A stretch of 64,000 nucleotides of DNA from Candidatus Babeliales bacterium (lineage in GTDB: Bacteria > Babelota > Babeliae > Babelales > JANWKD01), in NCBI GenBank assembly GCA_963762115.1, contig CAVXJH010000006.1, forward strand, positions 256,001 to 320,000, in the 5' to 3' direction. Position numbers and translations under genes: made by a program. Positions within the stretch are counted from its first letter, which is position 1; the number at the start of each line of letters is the position of its first letter. Below are positions 20,251 through 31,069 of this stretch, piece by piece. Below the pieces are notes generated by a model. That model did no database searches. It was given only the letters and a program-made list of their open reading frames with translations, and was not told the DNA's origin.

Positions 20251-21033
20251 ATGATTAAAAGATTACTTTTATTGAATATTGGTATTGTATCAATTTGTTT
20301 TTCAATGTTGGGTATGGAACAACAAGGGGAAAATAACCTGGCATTAGTTCTCTTGAATGGAGCATCATGTGCAGGAAAAACTTCATTGGCAAAGGCATTG
20401 GTTAGTGCATTGAAAAAAGAGGGAAAAAACAATGTTGTGCATATGAGTTTTGATGATACTGTTAAAACAGAATCTATGTGGATTGAATCTTCTGGACGAA
20501 GTTTCATTCAACATTACGAACAAAAGAATCAAGCATCAATGCCTAAACAAACACAATTTTTATTCACGGTATTTCATCATCAGATTTTGGAAAGTATGAA
20601 AAAAGGGAATCTAGTAATTGCTGACCATTGTTTTATGCAATTTAAAGGGTTTTTAGATTTTTTAAATATGTTTGAAAATAAGCCTCAGAATATTGCACTT
20701 GTAAAAGTTTTTTGTTCATATGAAGCTGCACAAAAGCGATTTGAGGAAAGAAATCGATCGAGAGATATAGCTCAGCACAGAACGGAAAGATCTTTTGCTC
20801 AACATTATGATAAAGTTTCAAAAAATGGAAGATATAACGTGATATATGGCGATAAAGACCATGATTATGAGATAGATACAACTGACATTTCTCCCGAAGA
20901 AGGTGCAGAACAAATATTGTCACATTTAGTTGAAAATGGGAAATGTTCTTTTGATAATGCTTGTTCAAAAAATAATAGTCGCTATCGTCAAGCATTAAGT
21001 ATGCAATACGGTGGCAGATCAATATATGGTTAG
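20251..21033 (+). CDS. P-loop kinase, chloramphenicol phosphotransferase-like, with signal peptide
   Basis: VLLNGASCAGKTSLAKAL, NLVIADH, R...R, DYEIDTT. Confidence 0.8.
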   Translation: MIKRLLLLNIGIVSICFSMLGMEQQGENNLALVLLNGASCAGKTSLAKALVSALKKEGKNNVVHMSFDDTVKTESMWIESSGRSFIQHYEQKNQASMPKQTQFLFTVFHHQILESMKKGNLVIADHCFMQFKGFLDFLNMFENKPQNIALVKVFCSYEAAQKRFEERNRSRDIAQHRTERSFAQHYDKVSKNGRYNVIYGDKDHDYEIDTTDISPEEGAEQILSHLVENGKCSFDNACSKNNSRYRQALSMQYGGRSIYG

Positions 21034-21074
21034 TTTTTTTAACGTGAGTCTGACAGGAAAAGATAATTCTGATG

Positions 21075-21173
21075 TGTCATTCTGAGCGCTCCTTGAGTGC
21101 GTAGGAATCCAGGTATAAGGTTTTTCCATTTTATTGACTGGATCACTACGGAACTTCGTTCCTCATGATGACA
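21075..21173. repeat. palindromic intergenic repeat (TGTCATTCTGAG...GAATCCAG / CTGGATC...GATGACA)
   Basis: Similar copies at 47485..48867 (interrupted) and a right half at 39..74. Confidence 0.75.
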
Positions 21174-21332
21174 TTCTGTTAAAATGGTGAATTTTGCTTG
21201 TAGAAATTTATATTGCTTAATTGAGCTCACGTTTTTTAGATTATAGTTTGCATGATACAATCTCTTTTTAAAATTATTTTATTAAATGATTTCAAAAAGA
21301 GATTGTATTTTTTTTATGTATTTTAGAAAAAG

Positions 21333-22637
21333 TTATGCAGCAGGTGCATTTGATCCTGAGCCAGGTGTTGAAGTGCCATTTTTCTTTTGAATTGATTCAA
21401 AGAATTCAGCATTTGTTTTGTGCTTTTTCATTTTATCAATCAAGAATTCCATGCCTTCAACAGTATTCATGGTTGCTAAGAATTTATGTAAAATCCATGC
21501 TTTATTAAGTTCATCAGGAGGTAAAAGTAGATCTTCTCGACGAGTACCAGAAATTAAAAGTTCAAATGCAGGGAATAAGCGTCGGTTAGAGAGCTTACGA
21601 CTCATATGCATTTCCATGTTGCCTGTTCCTTTGAATTCTTCAAAGATAACTTCATCCATGCGAGAACCGGTTTCAATAAGTGCTGTTGCAATAATGGTTA
21701 ATGAACCACCTTCTTCAGCATTACGAGCAGCACCAAAAAAACGTTTTGGACGTTGTAATGCATTTGCATCAATACCACCAGTAAGGATTTTACCCGATGC
21801 TGGTGCAGTGGTGTTATAAGCGCGGGCAAGGCGAGTTATAGAATCAAGTACAATAACAACATCTTTGCCGACTTCAACCATTCTTTTTGCTTTTTCAAGA
21901 ACGAGTTCTGCAACTTGTACATGTCGTTCTGCAGATTCATCAAAGGTGGAGCTGATTACTTCTGCGTTTTGTCCTTTTATGGAACGGCGCATATCAGCAA
22001 CTTCTTCAGGACGTTCGTCAATAAGAAGTACAATAAGATAAATTTCAGGATGATTAGCTAAAATGCTTTGGGTAATTTCTTTTAATAAGACTGTTTTACC
22101 AGCTTTTGGTGGTGCAACAATCAATCCGCGTTGGCCTTTACCAATTGGTGAAAAAATATCCATAAGGCGCGTTGAAATGAAAGTAGGATTTGCTTCTAAA
22201 TTAAATTTTTTATCAGGATGAAGTGGTGTCAAACGATCAAAAAAGAGTCTGTCACCCAAGGTGGAAGGATCAACAAAATTAACTGAATCTATTTTGAGGA
22301 GTGCAAAATACTTTTCACCTTCTTTAGGCTTGCGTATCACACCAACAACGGTGTCGCCTGTTTTTAAACCAAATCTTCTGATTTGTGATGGTGAAACATA
22401 AATATCGTCGGGTCCAGAAACATAATCAAATTTTGCTGAGCGTAAAAACCCAAAACCATCAGGAAGTTTCTCTAAAACACCTTCCACGGCGAGTTCTTTG
22501 TCAGGATTTTCTTGGAGTTCTTTAATTTTTTGTATGAGCATGTCCTTAGACATTAAAGTTGCTCCAACAACTCCCAGCTTACGAGCATATTGATTTAAAT
22601 CTGCAAGACTCATTTTAGTTAATTCTTGCGTAACCAT
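21333..22637 (-). CDS. rho: transcription termination factor Rho
   Basis: [37 protein letters not shown]. Confidence 0.99.
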   Translation of the reverse strand: MVTQELTKMSLADLNQYARKLGVVGATLMSKDMLIQKIKELQENPDKELAVEGVLEKLPDGFGFLRSAKFDYVSGPDDIYVSPSQIRRFGLKTGDTVVGVIRKPKEGEKYFALLKIDSVNFVDPSTLGDRLFFDRLTPLHPDKKFNLEANPTFISTRLMDIFSPIGKGQRGLIVAPPKAGKTVLLKEITQSILANHPEIYLIVLLIDERPEEVADMRRSIKGQNAEVISSTFDESAERHVQVAELVLEKAKRMVEVGKDVVIVLDSITRLARAYNTTAPASGKILTGGIDANALQRPKRFFGAARNAEEGGSLTIIATALIETGSRMDEVIFEEFKGTGNMEMHMSRKLSNRRLFPAFELLISGTRREDLLLPPDELNKAWILHKFLATMNTVEGMEFLIDKMKKHKTNAEFFESIQKKNGTSTPGSGSNAPAA

Positions 22638-22977
22638 ATTTTTGGATCTCCTTGGATTGTAGCTATGAAAATATCATAAGATAGCGATAAAAAAACATAT
22701 GATTGATGTTCTTTGCTATGAAAAAAATAGAAAAATTTAACGTAAAAAATTAACAATAACGATAACGAATTTATAAATAAAAAGTGTATATTTTTATTAA
22801 GTAATTTGTAGGAGAGTGTACTTAATAAAGAAAAATTTTATAGAATAACTAATTATATAAGCAAAGTAATTAATTATTAATAGCTTAATTATTTAATAGT
22901 AAAAATGAATCTTTTTATGCAACAATTTAATCTATGTATTTACTATTTTTATGGTAAGTAAGAGTGCTTTGGGAAAC

Positions 22978-23862
22978 TTATTTACCGTCTTTATATAAAG
23001 ATAACATAATGGGACTTGCAATGTAAATGGATGAATAAGTTCCAAAAATAATCCCCATTAAAAGCGCTAGAGATAAATCTCTGAGTGCTTCACCGCCCAA
23101 AATGAATAATGATAAAACAACCAATGCAGTAGAAAAACTGGTCAAAATAGTACGTCGTAACGTCTGATTTATACTCAGATTAACGATGTTATAGATTGAG
23201 GTGTTTTTCATCGTTTTTATGTTTTGGCGAATTTTATTAAATATTACAATAGTATCATTCACTGAATAACCGAGTACCACCAAAATGGCACTTACGATAT
23301 TAACGGAAATTTCTTTATCGAGTAACAAAAAAACACCTAGAATCATTATGGCATCATGAAGAAGCGAAAGAACAGCACCAACACCAAAACTGATTGATAA
23401 GAATCGTAACCATATATATAAAAGCATTAAAATAAGGGCGAGAGTAATTGCATACACTGATTTCCAACGAAGGACTTCACCAACACCGCCACTAACGCTA
23501 TCAATTTTCAAAATAGTAATTGCATTATCATGTAAGTCGTTTTGCAATGCTTTTAACATTGTTTGACCAAGGCCGTCAACATCAGTTGAAACTTCTTTAA
23601 CACGTACTAATATTTCATTATTACTGAAGTCACGCATCACTGGATTATGCCAACCATGTTTTTCTAAAATGTCTTTTATGTTTGCATCAGAAGTATGTTT
23701 TGAAAAACGGAAAAGAAGTTGTGTCCCGCCGGTAAAATCAACACTATAACTAAATGCATAACCACGAGTTGCTACTCGATAAAAATATATGCCGGCAAAG
23801 CTAACACATAATACTATAGATAACAAAGCGCAAACAAAACGATATTTTAGAAAATCAATCAT
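22978..23862 (-). CDS. secF: protein translocase subunit SecF
   Basis: VDFTGG, GYSVNDTIVIF, QTLRRTILTS, GTYSSIYIA; start MIDFLKY after GGAG. Confidence 0.97.
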   Translation of the reverse strand: MIDFLKYRFVCALLSIVLCVSFAGIYFYRVATRGYAFSYSVDFTGGTQLLFRFSKHTSDANIKDILEKHGWHNPVMRDFSNNEILVRVKEVSTDVDGLGQTMLKALQNDLHDNAITILKIDSVSGGVGEVLRWKSVYAITLALILMLLYIWLRFLSISFGVGAVLSLLHDAIMILGVFLLLDKEISVNIVSAILVVLGYSVNDTIVIFNKIRQNIKTMKNTSIYNIVNLSINQTLRRTILTSFSTALVVLSLFILGGEALRDLSLALLMGIIFGTYSSIYIASPIMLSLYKDGK

Positions 23863-23967
23863 AAAACTCTCCAGGATACGACGAAGGTACATTCACCATC
23901 GCTGCCAATCTAGCACATTTTTAAATTCATTACTTGTCGTTAAAAAATAGTAGGCATTTTTCAGCTG

Positions 23968-24228
23968 TTATGAACGAGCATTAACAATCGAAACGTACCG
24001 TCTACCTTTGCGACCATAATGGAATTTAACAAATCCTGGATTTAAAGCAAATAAAGTATGATCTGAACCCATACCAACTAATTTTCCTGCATGAAAACGA
24101 GTTCCGCGTTGGCGAACGAGAATTTCTCCACCTGTTACTACTTGACCATCAAAGAGTTTCACTCCAAGACGTTTACTTTGGCTATCTCTGCCATTCTGGG
24201 TCGAACCACCCGATTTACTAGTTGCCAT
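23968..24228 (-). CDS. rpmA: 50S ribosomal protein L27
   Basis: [29 protein letters not shown]; start MATSK after AAGGA. Confidence 0.97.
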   Translation of the reverse strand: MATSKSGGSTQNGRDSQSKRLGVKLFDGQVVTGGEILVRQRGTRFHAGKLVGMGSDHTLFALNPGFVKFHYGRKGRRYVSIVNARS

Positions 24229-24380
24229 TCTAATCCTTTGTAAAAATAGCTTTGTTACTGTTTTTATCAGTAAAAAGCACAAAAAATAGGGGAATTAACT
24301 GATTTATGTATCTTTTTTACTTAAAAATACATATTTAGTATTGCAAAACTCCCTAAAAAGTCAAGGTTATTTCTAGTTGT

Positions 24381-25448
24381 TCAAGCTGATAATTTTAAGG
24401 TTAAGGCATGCAGTTTTTGTGTTAATTCTTGGAGGTCTTGTATTAGCTTAGCTTGTTTTTGTTCTTTTGCTGATGACATGGTTAGTTTTGCTGACCATCG
24501 CAACTTCTTTTTTCCTGTGAGTGTTGTAGGGCGGGTATAAGTTTGTTTTGAATATTTTTTCATTATTGCAATAATTTTTTCATCTTCAATGATTTTTTCT
24601 GCAAGCTCAAGTGGTGATTTGTTTTGTCTAGTCTTTCCGGAAACTAATCGTGATGTTGTGATTATAGTTGGATCTGCTTTAGCTTTTAAAAGTTTTTTAA
24701 TAATTTTTTTCATATCTTCTGAAGGTTTTTCTTGTAAAACGGCTAGGTGTAAAGCAGTAAACCCATCGTTATTTGATATGCTGGGATTTGCACCTGCATT
24801 TAATAATGCTTGGATAACTTCTGGATTATTATTTTCTACGGCAAGTAGTAAGGCTGTATTGCCAAATTTGTTTTGTTGATTAATGAAGGTAATAAATTCA
24901 TCGGGATTTAAAGTCTGGCGGGCTTTTTCAAGTAATGCATTGGTTATAGCAATATTATTGACTGCAAGATGTAAAGAAGAATTGCCGTTTCTGTTAACAA
25001 GAGTAATATTAGCTTCATTGTCTAAAAGATATTGTATAAAATCATTGCGTCCTTCGCTTATCATGAGATGTAAAATTGTTTGTCCTTTTTCATTTTGGAT
25101 ATTAAAGGTGCGTTTGGGAGTATTTTTAAAAAAATCTTCTAATAAGTGTTTTTGCATGTTTGCAGTTGTCTTTTTTATTAGTGGTAGATATTTTTTAAAT
25201 TCATCGGCTGACATTGTATTAATTTCTTCTTCGGTTCTCTTACCAGTAATTTTTTGAGCGACTTTGAGCCAAGTGCTTTCAAGATTTTCTATGAGAGCAT
25301 CTAATTCAGTGATATATGTTTCTTGTATTTGTTTTTTTAATTCTTCTAATTGAGTAGCTAAGGCTTCTTTTCTTTGCATAGACTTTAATTCAAAAAATAG
25401 AAAACCTGGTAAATAGAGTAAATAAACAAATAATATATTTTTTTTCAT
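24381..25448 (-). CDS. exported ankyrin-repeat protein
   Basis: GQTILH, GNSSLHLA, GNTALLLA, GFTALHLA; signal peptide. Confidence 0.9.
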   Translation of the reverse strand: MKKNILFVYLLYLPGFLFFELKSMQRKEALATQLEELKKQIQETYITELDALIENLESTWLKVAQKITGKRTEEEINTMSADEFKKYLPLIKKTTANMQKHLLEDFFKNTPKRTFNIQNEKGQTILHLMISEGRNDFIQYLLDNEANITLVNRNGNSSLHLAVNNIAITNALLEKARQTLNPDEFITFINQQNKFGNTALLLAVENNNPEVIQALLNAGANPSISNNDGFTALHLAVLQEKPSEDMKKIIKKLLKAKADPTIITTSRLVSGKTRQNKSPLELAEKIIEDEKIIAIMKKYSKQTYTRPTTLTGKKKLRWSAKLTMSSAKEQKQAKLIQDLQELTQKLHALTLKLSA

Positions 25449-25540
25449 AGTTATATCCTTGATTTTTTAGAATAACTTTATTTAAAACTACTAAGTTAGT
25501 TATTCAAAAAGCAAGAATATGACTAAGTATGACAATAAGT

Positions 25541-26245
25541 TTATTCAACAGAATATTTTTTCTTCCAACAGGCAAGCGCAATAGGAAAATGTGGTAAAGC
25601 AAGACTTAATAATCCATGAGCATATTCTCTGATTTCCTGTTGAGCGCCCTGATGCATGCGTAAACGCATAAAATGCATAAGCGAATGAAGGTTGCAGGTA
25701 AAGATAAATTCAGTGTAAGTGCATAGTGGCAATAAACCGCGTGCTTGTTCGCGTGCAACGCCTTGTTCAAGTAAGAGTTCATATGCTTTGACTGCTTCAT
25801 CAATGCTTTTTTTATAAGCATCGAGAACTAATTGGTTATTAAAAGCGCCTGTGGAACATTGTCTGTTTGTTGCATCTTGATAACGCCAGTGAGAGGGAAC
25901 ATAAAATTCTAAGGGAGCTTTTACATAACGATAACTAATTTCATTATATGAATTCATGCGATGACGCATCCATTGCCGTACAACAAAAAGTGGCGCTTTT
26001 ATGCGAAAAGAAAACTGATTATGTTCAAAAGGGCTGGTGTGATCATGTTCGATCAAATACTTAATTAAGTTTTTGTCACGTTCGCTGACTGTTGTAGCAA
26101 CTTTACCAAATGAAACTCGTGCTGCATTCACAATATCTAAATCCGATCCAGAAACACGAACTAAGGCAATTGAGCTGATGCCATCAGCAAGTGGATCAAG
26201 AGATAAGATTGCTTTTTCTTGTTCAGATGAAACATGTTCTAACAT
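25541..26245 (-). CDS. thyX: FAD-dependent thymidylate synthase
   Basis: HTSPFEH, RQWMRHRMNSYNEISYRY, AREQAR, AQQEIR. Confidence 0.97.
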   Translation of the reverse strand: MLEHVSSEQEKAILSLDPLADGISSIALVRVSGSDLDIVNAARVSFGKVATTVSERDKNLIKYLIEHDHTSPFEHNQFSFRIKAPLFVVRQWMRHRMNSYNEISYRYVKAPLEFYVPSHWRYQDATNRQCSTGAFNNQLVLDAYKKSIDEAVKAYELLLEQGVAREQARGLLPLCTYTEFIFTCNLHSLMHFMRLRMHQGAQQEIREYAHGLLSLALPHFPIALACWKKKYSVE

Positions 26246-26418
26246 TTGTTATAGTCCTTTCAGCGTTTTGATCTTTTTTTAGTGTATCGTAATTTTTTGA
26301 TAATAAGAATAGTAATTTTTCAACAGTAAAAATAAAATTCTTATTAGAAATAACTATTGAATTTTAATTTATAAATATGGTATTATTAAATATAAATAAT
26401 CATTATACAGGAGAAAAA

Positions 26419-26874
26419 ATGAAGAAATTAGTATATTTAAAGGTATTTGTTGTGTTAGCGATTGTTGGGTCTACGAGTAATGCAGAGCAGAGTATTCAAG
26501 ATTTTAAACCAATTGTATTGAAACAATTGAGTGCTATAAAACAAGCTTTAAACACATTAAATGGCGTAAATCGTGTTCAGATACAAAAGAATTTTGCCGA
26601 TGTTATAGATAAAGCAACTAGTTCAATAAATGATGCATTTGCTGATACTAATAATAGTGCAAAATTTAAAACAGCTCTTGATGCAGTACAGATTTTACAA
26701 AATGATTGGGTTAATCTTTATCAAACAGATCCTGCTGCTGTTAGTAAGACAACTTTTGAATTTAAGATTGCTACCGCAAAAGTACAAAATACTCTTTCGC
26801 AGGCATATGCATTTGTTATGATAAAAAATGGTTTAGATAAACTCTTATATGATGCCTTTGCTGTTGTTCGGTAA
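26419..26874 (+). CDS. hypothetical exported helical protein
   Basis: AGGAG RBS, signal MKKLVYLKVFVVLAIVG (track start 26377). Confidence 0.7.
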   Translation: MKKLVYLKVFVVLAIVGSTSNAEQSIQDFKPIVLKQLSAIKQALNTLNGVNRVQIQKNFADVIDKATSSINDAFADTNNSAKFKTALDAVQILQNDWVNLYQTDPAAVSKTTFEFKIATAKVQNTLSQAYAFVMIKNGLDKLLYDAFAVVR

Positions 26875-26912
26875 GTAAACACTAACAATAATTAAATTTA
26901 TTTTTATAGATA

Positions 26913-26950
26913 AAAGTGCCTTTTGTTTTAAACAGGGGCACTTTATTTTT
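26913..26950 (+). terminator. intrinsic terminator
   Basis: aaagtgcctt..ggggcacttt followed by T-run. Confidence 0.6.
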
Positions 26951-26971
26951 GCTGTTTAAAGTTTATTTCGT

Positions 26972-27535
26972 ATGACAGAAAACCCCAGGGTTTTAAACCT
27001 GGGGATGAATGTCATCAAATGCGCGAGCGAAGCAAAAATGTAAATTTTTGCGAAGTGAGGTTAGTTTTGTCATACTAATTGACATGACAAAGAAATATTG
27101 GCACGGAGCGCATACAACTCATAGGCATATGTATCATATAGTTTGGTTACCTAAATATAGAAAAAAAGTATTAGAAGGCAAAGTTAAGAGCAGGTTAGAA
27201 GAACTTTTGCGAGAATGTGCGGAAATTAATGCATGGGAAATTCAAGAACTAAATATTCAGATAGACCATGTGCATCTTGTAATACAATTACCACCAAGTG
27301 TGAGTGTGAGCAAGGCCGTTCAATTACTCAAGGGAATTTCAAGTAAAATGCTCAGAGCTGAATTACCTGAAATAAAGAAATTTTTGTGGGGTAACGATTT
27401 TTGGGCAGATGGATATTTCTCTGAAACATTTGGACAATGTTCAGAAGAGACAATTCTCAATTATGTTAGAAATCAATAAAAAGCTTTCATCTCGTGCTTC
27501 TAAATCCACGGCTTTTAAGCCGTGTGTTGTTTAAT
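26972..27535 (+). mobile_element. IS200/IS605-family element, tnpA only
   Basis: Subterminal hairpins aaaccccagggttttaaacctgggg (~26980) and aaatccacggcttttaagccgtgtg (~27502); exact ends approximate. Confidence 0.8.
27084..27479 (+). CDS. tnpA: IS200/IS605 Y1 (HUH) transposase
   Basis: YHIVWLPKYRKKVL, DHVHL, FWADGYF, YVRNQ. Confidence 0.95.
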   Translation: MTKKYWHGAHTTHRHMYHIVWLPKYRKKVLEGKVKSRLEELLRECAEINAWEIQELNIQIDHVHLVIQLPPSVSVSKAVQLLKGISSKMLRAELPEIKKFLWGNDFWADGYFSETFGQCSEETILNYVRNQ

Positions 27536-27642
27536 CGAATTTAATATTTTCATAATTTTACGATAAGCTCTTATGCCAATAGTCTTTACGTGGAATAACA
27601 AAAAATTTTATAATTATAGAGTAAAAAAAGAGAGGGTAAGAT

Positions 27643-28155
27643 ATGAAAATTACTTTTATGATAATTACACCAATAATTTTAATAACCATTTTTTTATTTT
27701 CAGCAGAGCTTTTTTCTATGGGAAAAGAACAAAATTGTCTTCTAACTAGGTTAACCAGATCTAAGAGTTGCCCAGAATTCAAAGATATAGTGACCAATGA
27801 AAAAGAAATTGAAGAAAATTTTGAAGATGAGCTTTGGCAATCGATTGCATTTTTATCACAAAGAGTCGATGACCTTGAAAAGCAACAAAGCGACATGTTT
27901 CATTATGAGAAACAAACTCGACAATTAATTTTGGGAGTTTTAACTAAAGTTAATATTTTATCTGAAAATGCTATTGCATTGCAAGGGTATTATATTGATT
28001 TTCAAAAAGCTACTTTACAGAAAGAAAAAAAACGGGAACAGATATTAAAAAAGAAAAAATTTAATTCAATGTCTCCGGTGAATTCATTGCCTTTCCCTGA
28101 AGAAGCATCAATTACTAAAGAAAGACCTAACGATGAAAATAATCTTCCTACTTAG
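27643..28155 (+). CDS. hypothetical exported protein
   Basis: Signal ..ELFS-MG; coiled-coil middle. Confidence 0.6.
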   Translation: MKITFMIITPIILITIFLFSAELFSMGKEQNCLLTRLTRSKSCPEFKDIVTNEKEIEENFEDELWQSIAFLSQRVDDLEKQQSDMFHYEKQTRQLILGVLTKVNILSENAIALQGYYIDFQKATLQKEKKREQILKKKKFNSMSPVNSLPFPEEASITKERPNDENNLPT

Positions 28156-30868
28156 TGACTTCTTGCCAATTGTTGCCAAATCGCGTTGTCACTTTTAAAG
28201 GCACGCTCCAAGTAACAATATTTTCAAGAACATCCTTTACGATTTTTTCAGTTTCATCTTTTTGTGCAATAGGCACCGAGATAATCAACTCATCGTGAAT
28301 TTGTAGGACAAGCTTTGCATCTAACTTTTTTTCTGTAAAAATGTTGTGCAGTGAAATCATGCCACGTTTCATTATTTCTGCAGCGGTACCTTGTGCTTTG
28401 GTATTAATAGCAATGCGACACCCTGCATCATAGAGCATTTTATTTTTTTCATAAATAGCGGGCACATATCTTTTTCTTCCATAAAGGGTCGTAACATACC
28501 CATCTTTTTTGGTTTCTTCAATGATCTTTTCCATCCAGGTTGATACGGCGGGATATTGTGCAAAATATTTTTCAATATATGTTTTTGCTTCTTTGAATGA
28601 AATGCCCAAATCTTGTGATAATCCATAAGGAGTGAGGCCATATAAAATACTAAAATTAATTCGTTTGCCAATTTGGCGTTGTTCATGGGTGACATTTTCA
28701 AGGGCAACATCAAAAATCTTTGCGGCTGTTTTTGCATGAATATCTTGATCATGTAAAAAAGCATCAATCAATTGTTGGTCTTGAGAAAGTTGTGCCAAAA
28801 CGCGTAGTTCAATTTGTGAGTAGTCAGCAGAAAGAAAAACATGTCCTTGTGCGGGTTTGAAAGCTGAACGAATGTGTATTTCATAAGGGGATTCTGTGGG
28901 GATATTTTGTAAATTTGGATCTGAACTAGAAAGTCTGCCCGTTGCAACACCTGTTTGACTAAAATTAGTATGAATTTTACCTGTTTGCGGATTTATATAG
29001 GTTGGTAAGGCATCAATATAGGTGCTTTTTAATTTATATAATTCGCGATATTGTAATAATAATTTTGGCACAGGATGTATTTTTGCAAGTTCTTGTAATA
29101 CTTCAACATCAGTCGAATAACCAGTTCTTTTTGAACTTTTCTTTTGTGTTGGCAGTTTAAGTTCGTAAAACAAAAGTTGTTCAACTTGTTTGGGTGAATT
29201 CAAATTTATTTCTTTGAATTGTTCGCCACTTAAATCAACAATAGTATTACGTACGATTTCTAAATCTTTGATGACTGTTGTATCAAGTTTTTTTAGAATT
29301 TCTGTATCAAGATAGATACCTTCTGCTTCCATAGCAAAAAGAACATTAATGAGGGGCAATTCAATATCATAATAGAGTTGCTCCATACCTTGTTCTTTTA
29401 GTTCTTTTTGCAAAATAGGCACTAATTGCATTGTTTGATGAGCATCAGCAGCACCATATTCCGTTGCAAGATTAAGAGGTACTTGTGAAAAATCTTTTAA
29501 TTTTTTTTCAGTGACAACTTCTTGAAAACTAAACATTGGCTCATCCAAATAAAGTTCTGATAAGGCTTTGAGGTTAATTCTTTGCCAGTCTTTAGTTACC
29601 AGTTGTGCAGCGACTAAGGTATCAAAAACAAGATTATTAACACCTTGTTTATAGTGCCATAAAGCAAGTTCATCAAATTTGGCATGGTGCATAATTTTTT
29701 TTATGGTTGGATCAAGTAAGAGGGGAGAAAGCGCTGTTAACACTTCTTGCCGAGTGAGTTGTGGTTCAATGGTGATATGCCCAAAAGGAATATAATAAGC
29801 AGTTCCTTTTTCAACACAAAGGCATATGCCAATAAGCGTGTTATCTAATGGTTTTAAGCCATTTAATTCAGTATCAAGCGCAACAACTTTTTTTGTTTTT
29901 ATTTCATCACACACTTCTTTGAGTTGTTCTAATGTTGTTATTGTTTTGAATAAATACCCTTTTGATTTTGATAAAAATTCTTTTTCTTGCGTTTTTTGTG
30001 ATGCATTTTTTGCGATTTCTTCAAGTAATGACTTAAAATTAAGTTCTTTGAATAATGGTGCTGCATTTGACCATTGTTTTTCAAAAAACTCTAATGCATT
30101 TTTTGGGCATTTGAGGTCATAATAGTGCAGTTTAAATAATTTTTCGCTCAAAAATGCATTCTCTTTATTTTCTTCTAACAATTTTCGCGTACGTTCTTTT
30201 GCTACTTTTTCAAGATTGGCATAAAGATCTTCAAGTGAGTCGAATTGTTGGACTAAATCGGTTGCTGATTTCTCACCAACACCTTTTACTCCCGGTATGT
30301 TATCAGAGGTATCCCCAACCAAAGAAAAATAAAAAGGTAATTTTGAAACAGGGAATCCTTTATTTTTTTGGAAAGAATCAGCGGTGATAAAAACATCTTT
30401 AAAAGAATCATAAATGGTGATGTGTTCATCAAGAGTTTGTGCCATATCTTTATCAGAGGTTAAGATAATTACCTTATCACCTTGTTTGGCATAATCTTGT
30501 GCAAGAGAATAGAGCAAGTCATCAGCTTCTATGCCGGTTTGTTCTATTTGTTTCAGACCTATTAACTCAGCGAATTGTTGAATATACTGTTTTTGTTCAA
30601 AAAGATCACTTGGTGGGGCTTGACGCGTTGCTTTATACGCAGGAAAGAGTTCATGGCGAACCGTTTTTCCTTTGCTGTCCCATACAAGAGCAATGTGTTC
30701 AGGTTGGAAGGTGGTAATAATTTTTTTTATCATTCTGCAAAAACTATAAACCGCTTGTACAGGAATTCCTTGAGGTGTGTGCAAGGGGCGCAATCCATAA
30801 TAAGCACGATATAAAAATCCTGATCCATCAATGAGAATAATTGCTTTATTTGTTTCTGGTTTTGCCAC
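28148..30868 (-). CDS. polA: DNA polymerase I
   Basis: LIDGSGFLYRAY, DNIPGV, ADYSQIELR, LQIHDEL; GTG start after AAGGA preferred over track start 30985. Confidence 0.98.
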   Translation of the reverse strand: MAKPETNKAIILIDGSGFLYRAYYGLRPLHTPQGIPVQAVYSFCRMIKKIITTFQPEHIALVWDSKGKTVRHELFPAYKATRQAPPSDLFEQKQYIQQFAELIGLKQIEQTGIEADDLLYSLAQDYAKQGDKVIILTSDKDMAQTLDEHITIYDSFKDVFITADSFQKNKGFPVSKLPFYFSLVGDTSDNIPGVKGVGEKSATDLVQQFDSLEDLYANLEKVAKERTRKLLEENKENAFLSEKLFKLHYYDLKCPKNALEFFEKQWSNAAPLFKELNFKSLLEEIAKNASQKTQEKEFLSKSKGYLFKTITTLEQLKEVCDEIKTKKVVALDTELNGLKPLDNTLIGICLCVEKGTAYYIPFGHITIEPQLTRQEVLTALSPLLLDPTIKKIMHHAKFDELALWHYKQGVNNLVFDTLVAAQLVTKDWQRINLKALSELYLDEPMFSFQEVVTEKKLKDFSQVPLNLATEYGAADAHQTMQLVPILQKELKEQGMEQLYYDIELPLINVLFAMEAEGIYLDTEILKKLDTTVIKDLEIVRNTIVDLSGEQFKEINLNSPKQVEQLLFYELKLPTQKKSSKRTGYSTDVEVLQELAKIHPVPKLLLQYRELYKLKSTYIDALPTYINPQTGKIHTNFSQTGVATGRLSSSDPNLQNIPTESPYEIHIRSAFKPAQGHVFLSADYSQIELRVLAQLSQDQQLIDAFLHDQDIHAKTAAKIFDVALENVTHEQRQIGKRINFSILYGLTPYGLSQDLGISFKEAKTYIEKYFAQYPAVSTWMEKIIEETKKDGYVTTLYGRKRYVPAIYEKNKMLYDAGCRIAINTKAQGTAAEIMKRGMISLHNIFTEKKLDAKLVLQIHDELIISVPIAQKDETEKIVKDVLENIVTWSVPLKVTTRFGNNWQEVTK

Positions 30869-31069
30869 GCGAAAGTCCTTTTTTGTATGTCCTAAAAAGA
30901 GTATACTTAAGAATAGTGCAGATAGGGTTAGGAAACAACTTGATTTTTTTTGATTCATAGAATAAGTATAAAGCTTTATGCTCAAAAAGCAAAATCATAA
31001 AAGCAAAAAATCTCTAATATAAAAATAAAAAAACTGTTTGTCTTAGTGTTTTAACGGAAAAAAATCATC

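Noticed and set aside
22638..22977. 340-bp AT-rich region upstream of rho
   Set aside because: No ORF, repeat or structure I can support; consistent with an ordinary leader or promoter region.
30869..30985. Membrane-anchored PolA (hydrophobic N-terminal extension in the ORF track)
   Set aside because: An AAGGA RBS precedes GTG at 30868 next to the conserved start; the extension is probably untranslated AT-rich sequence.
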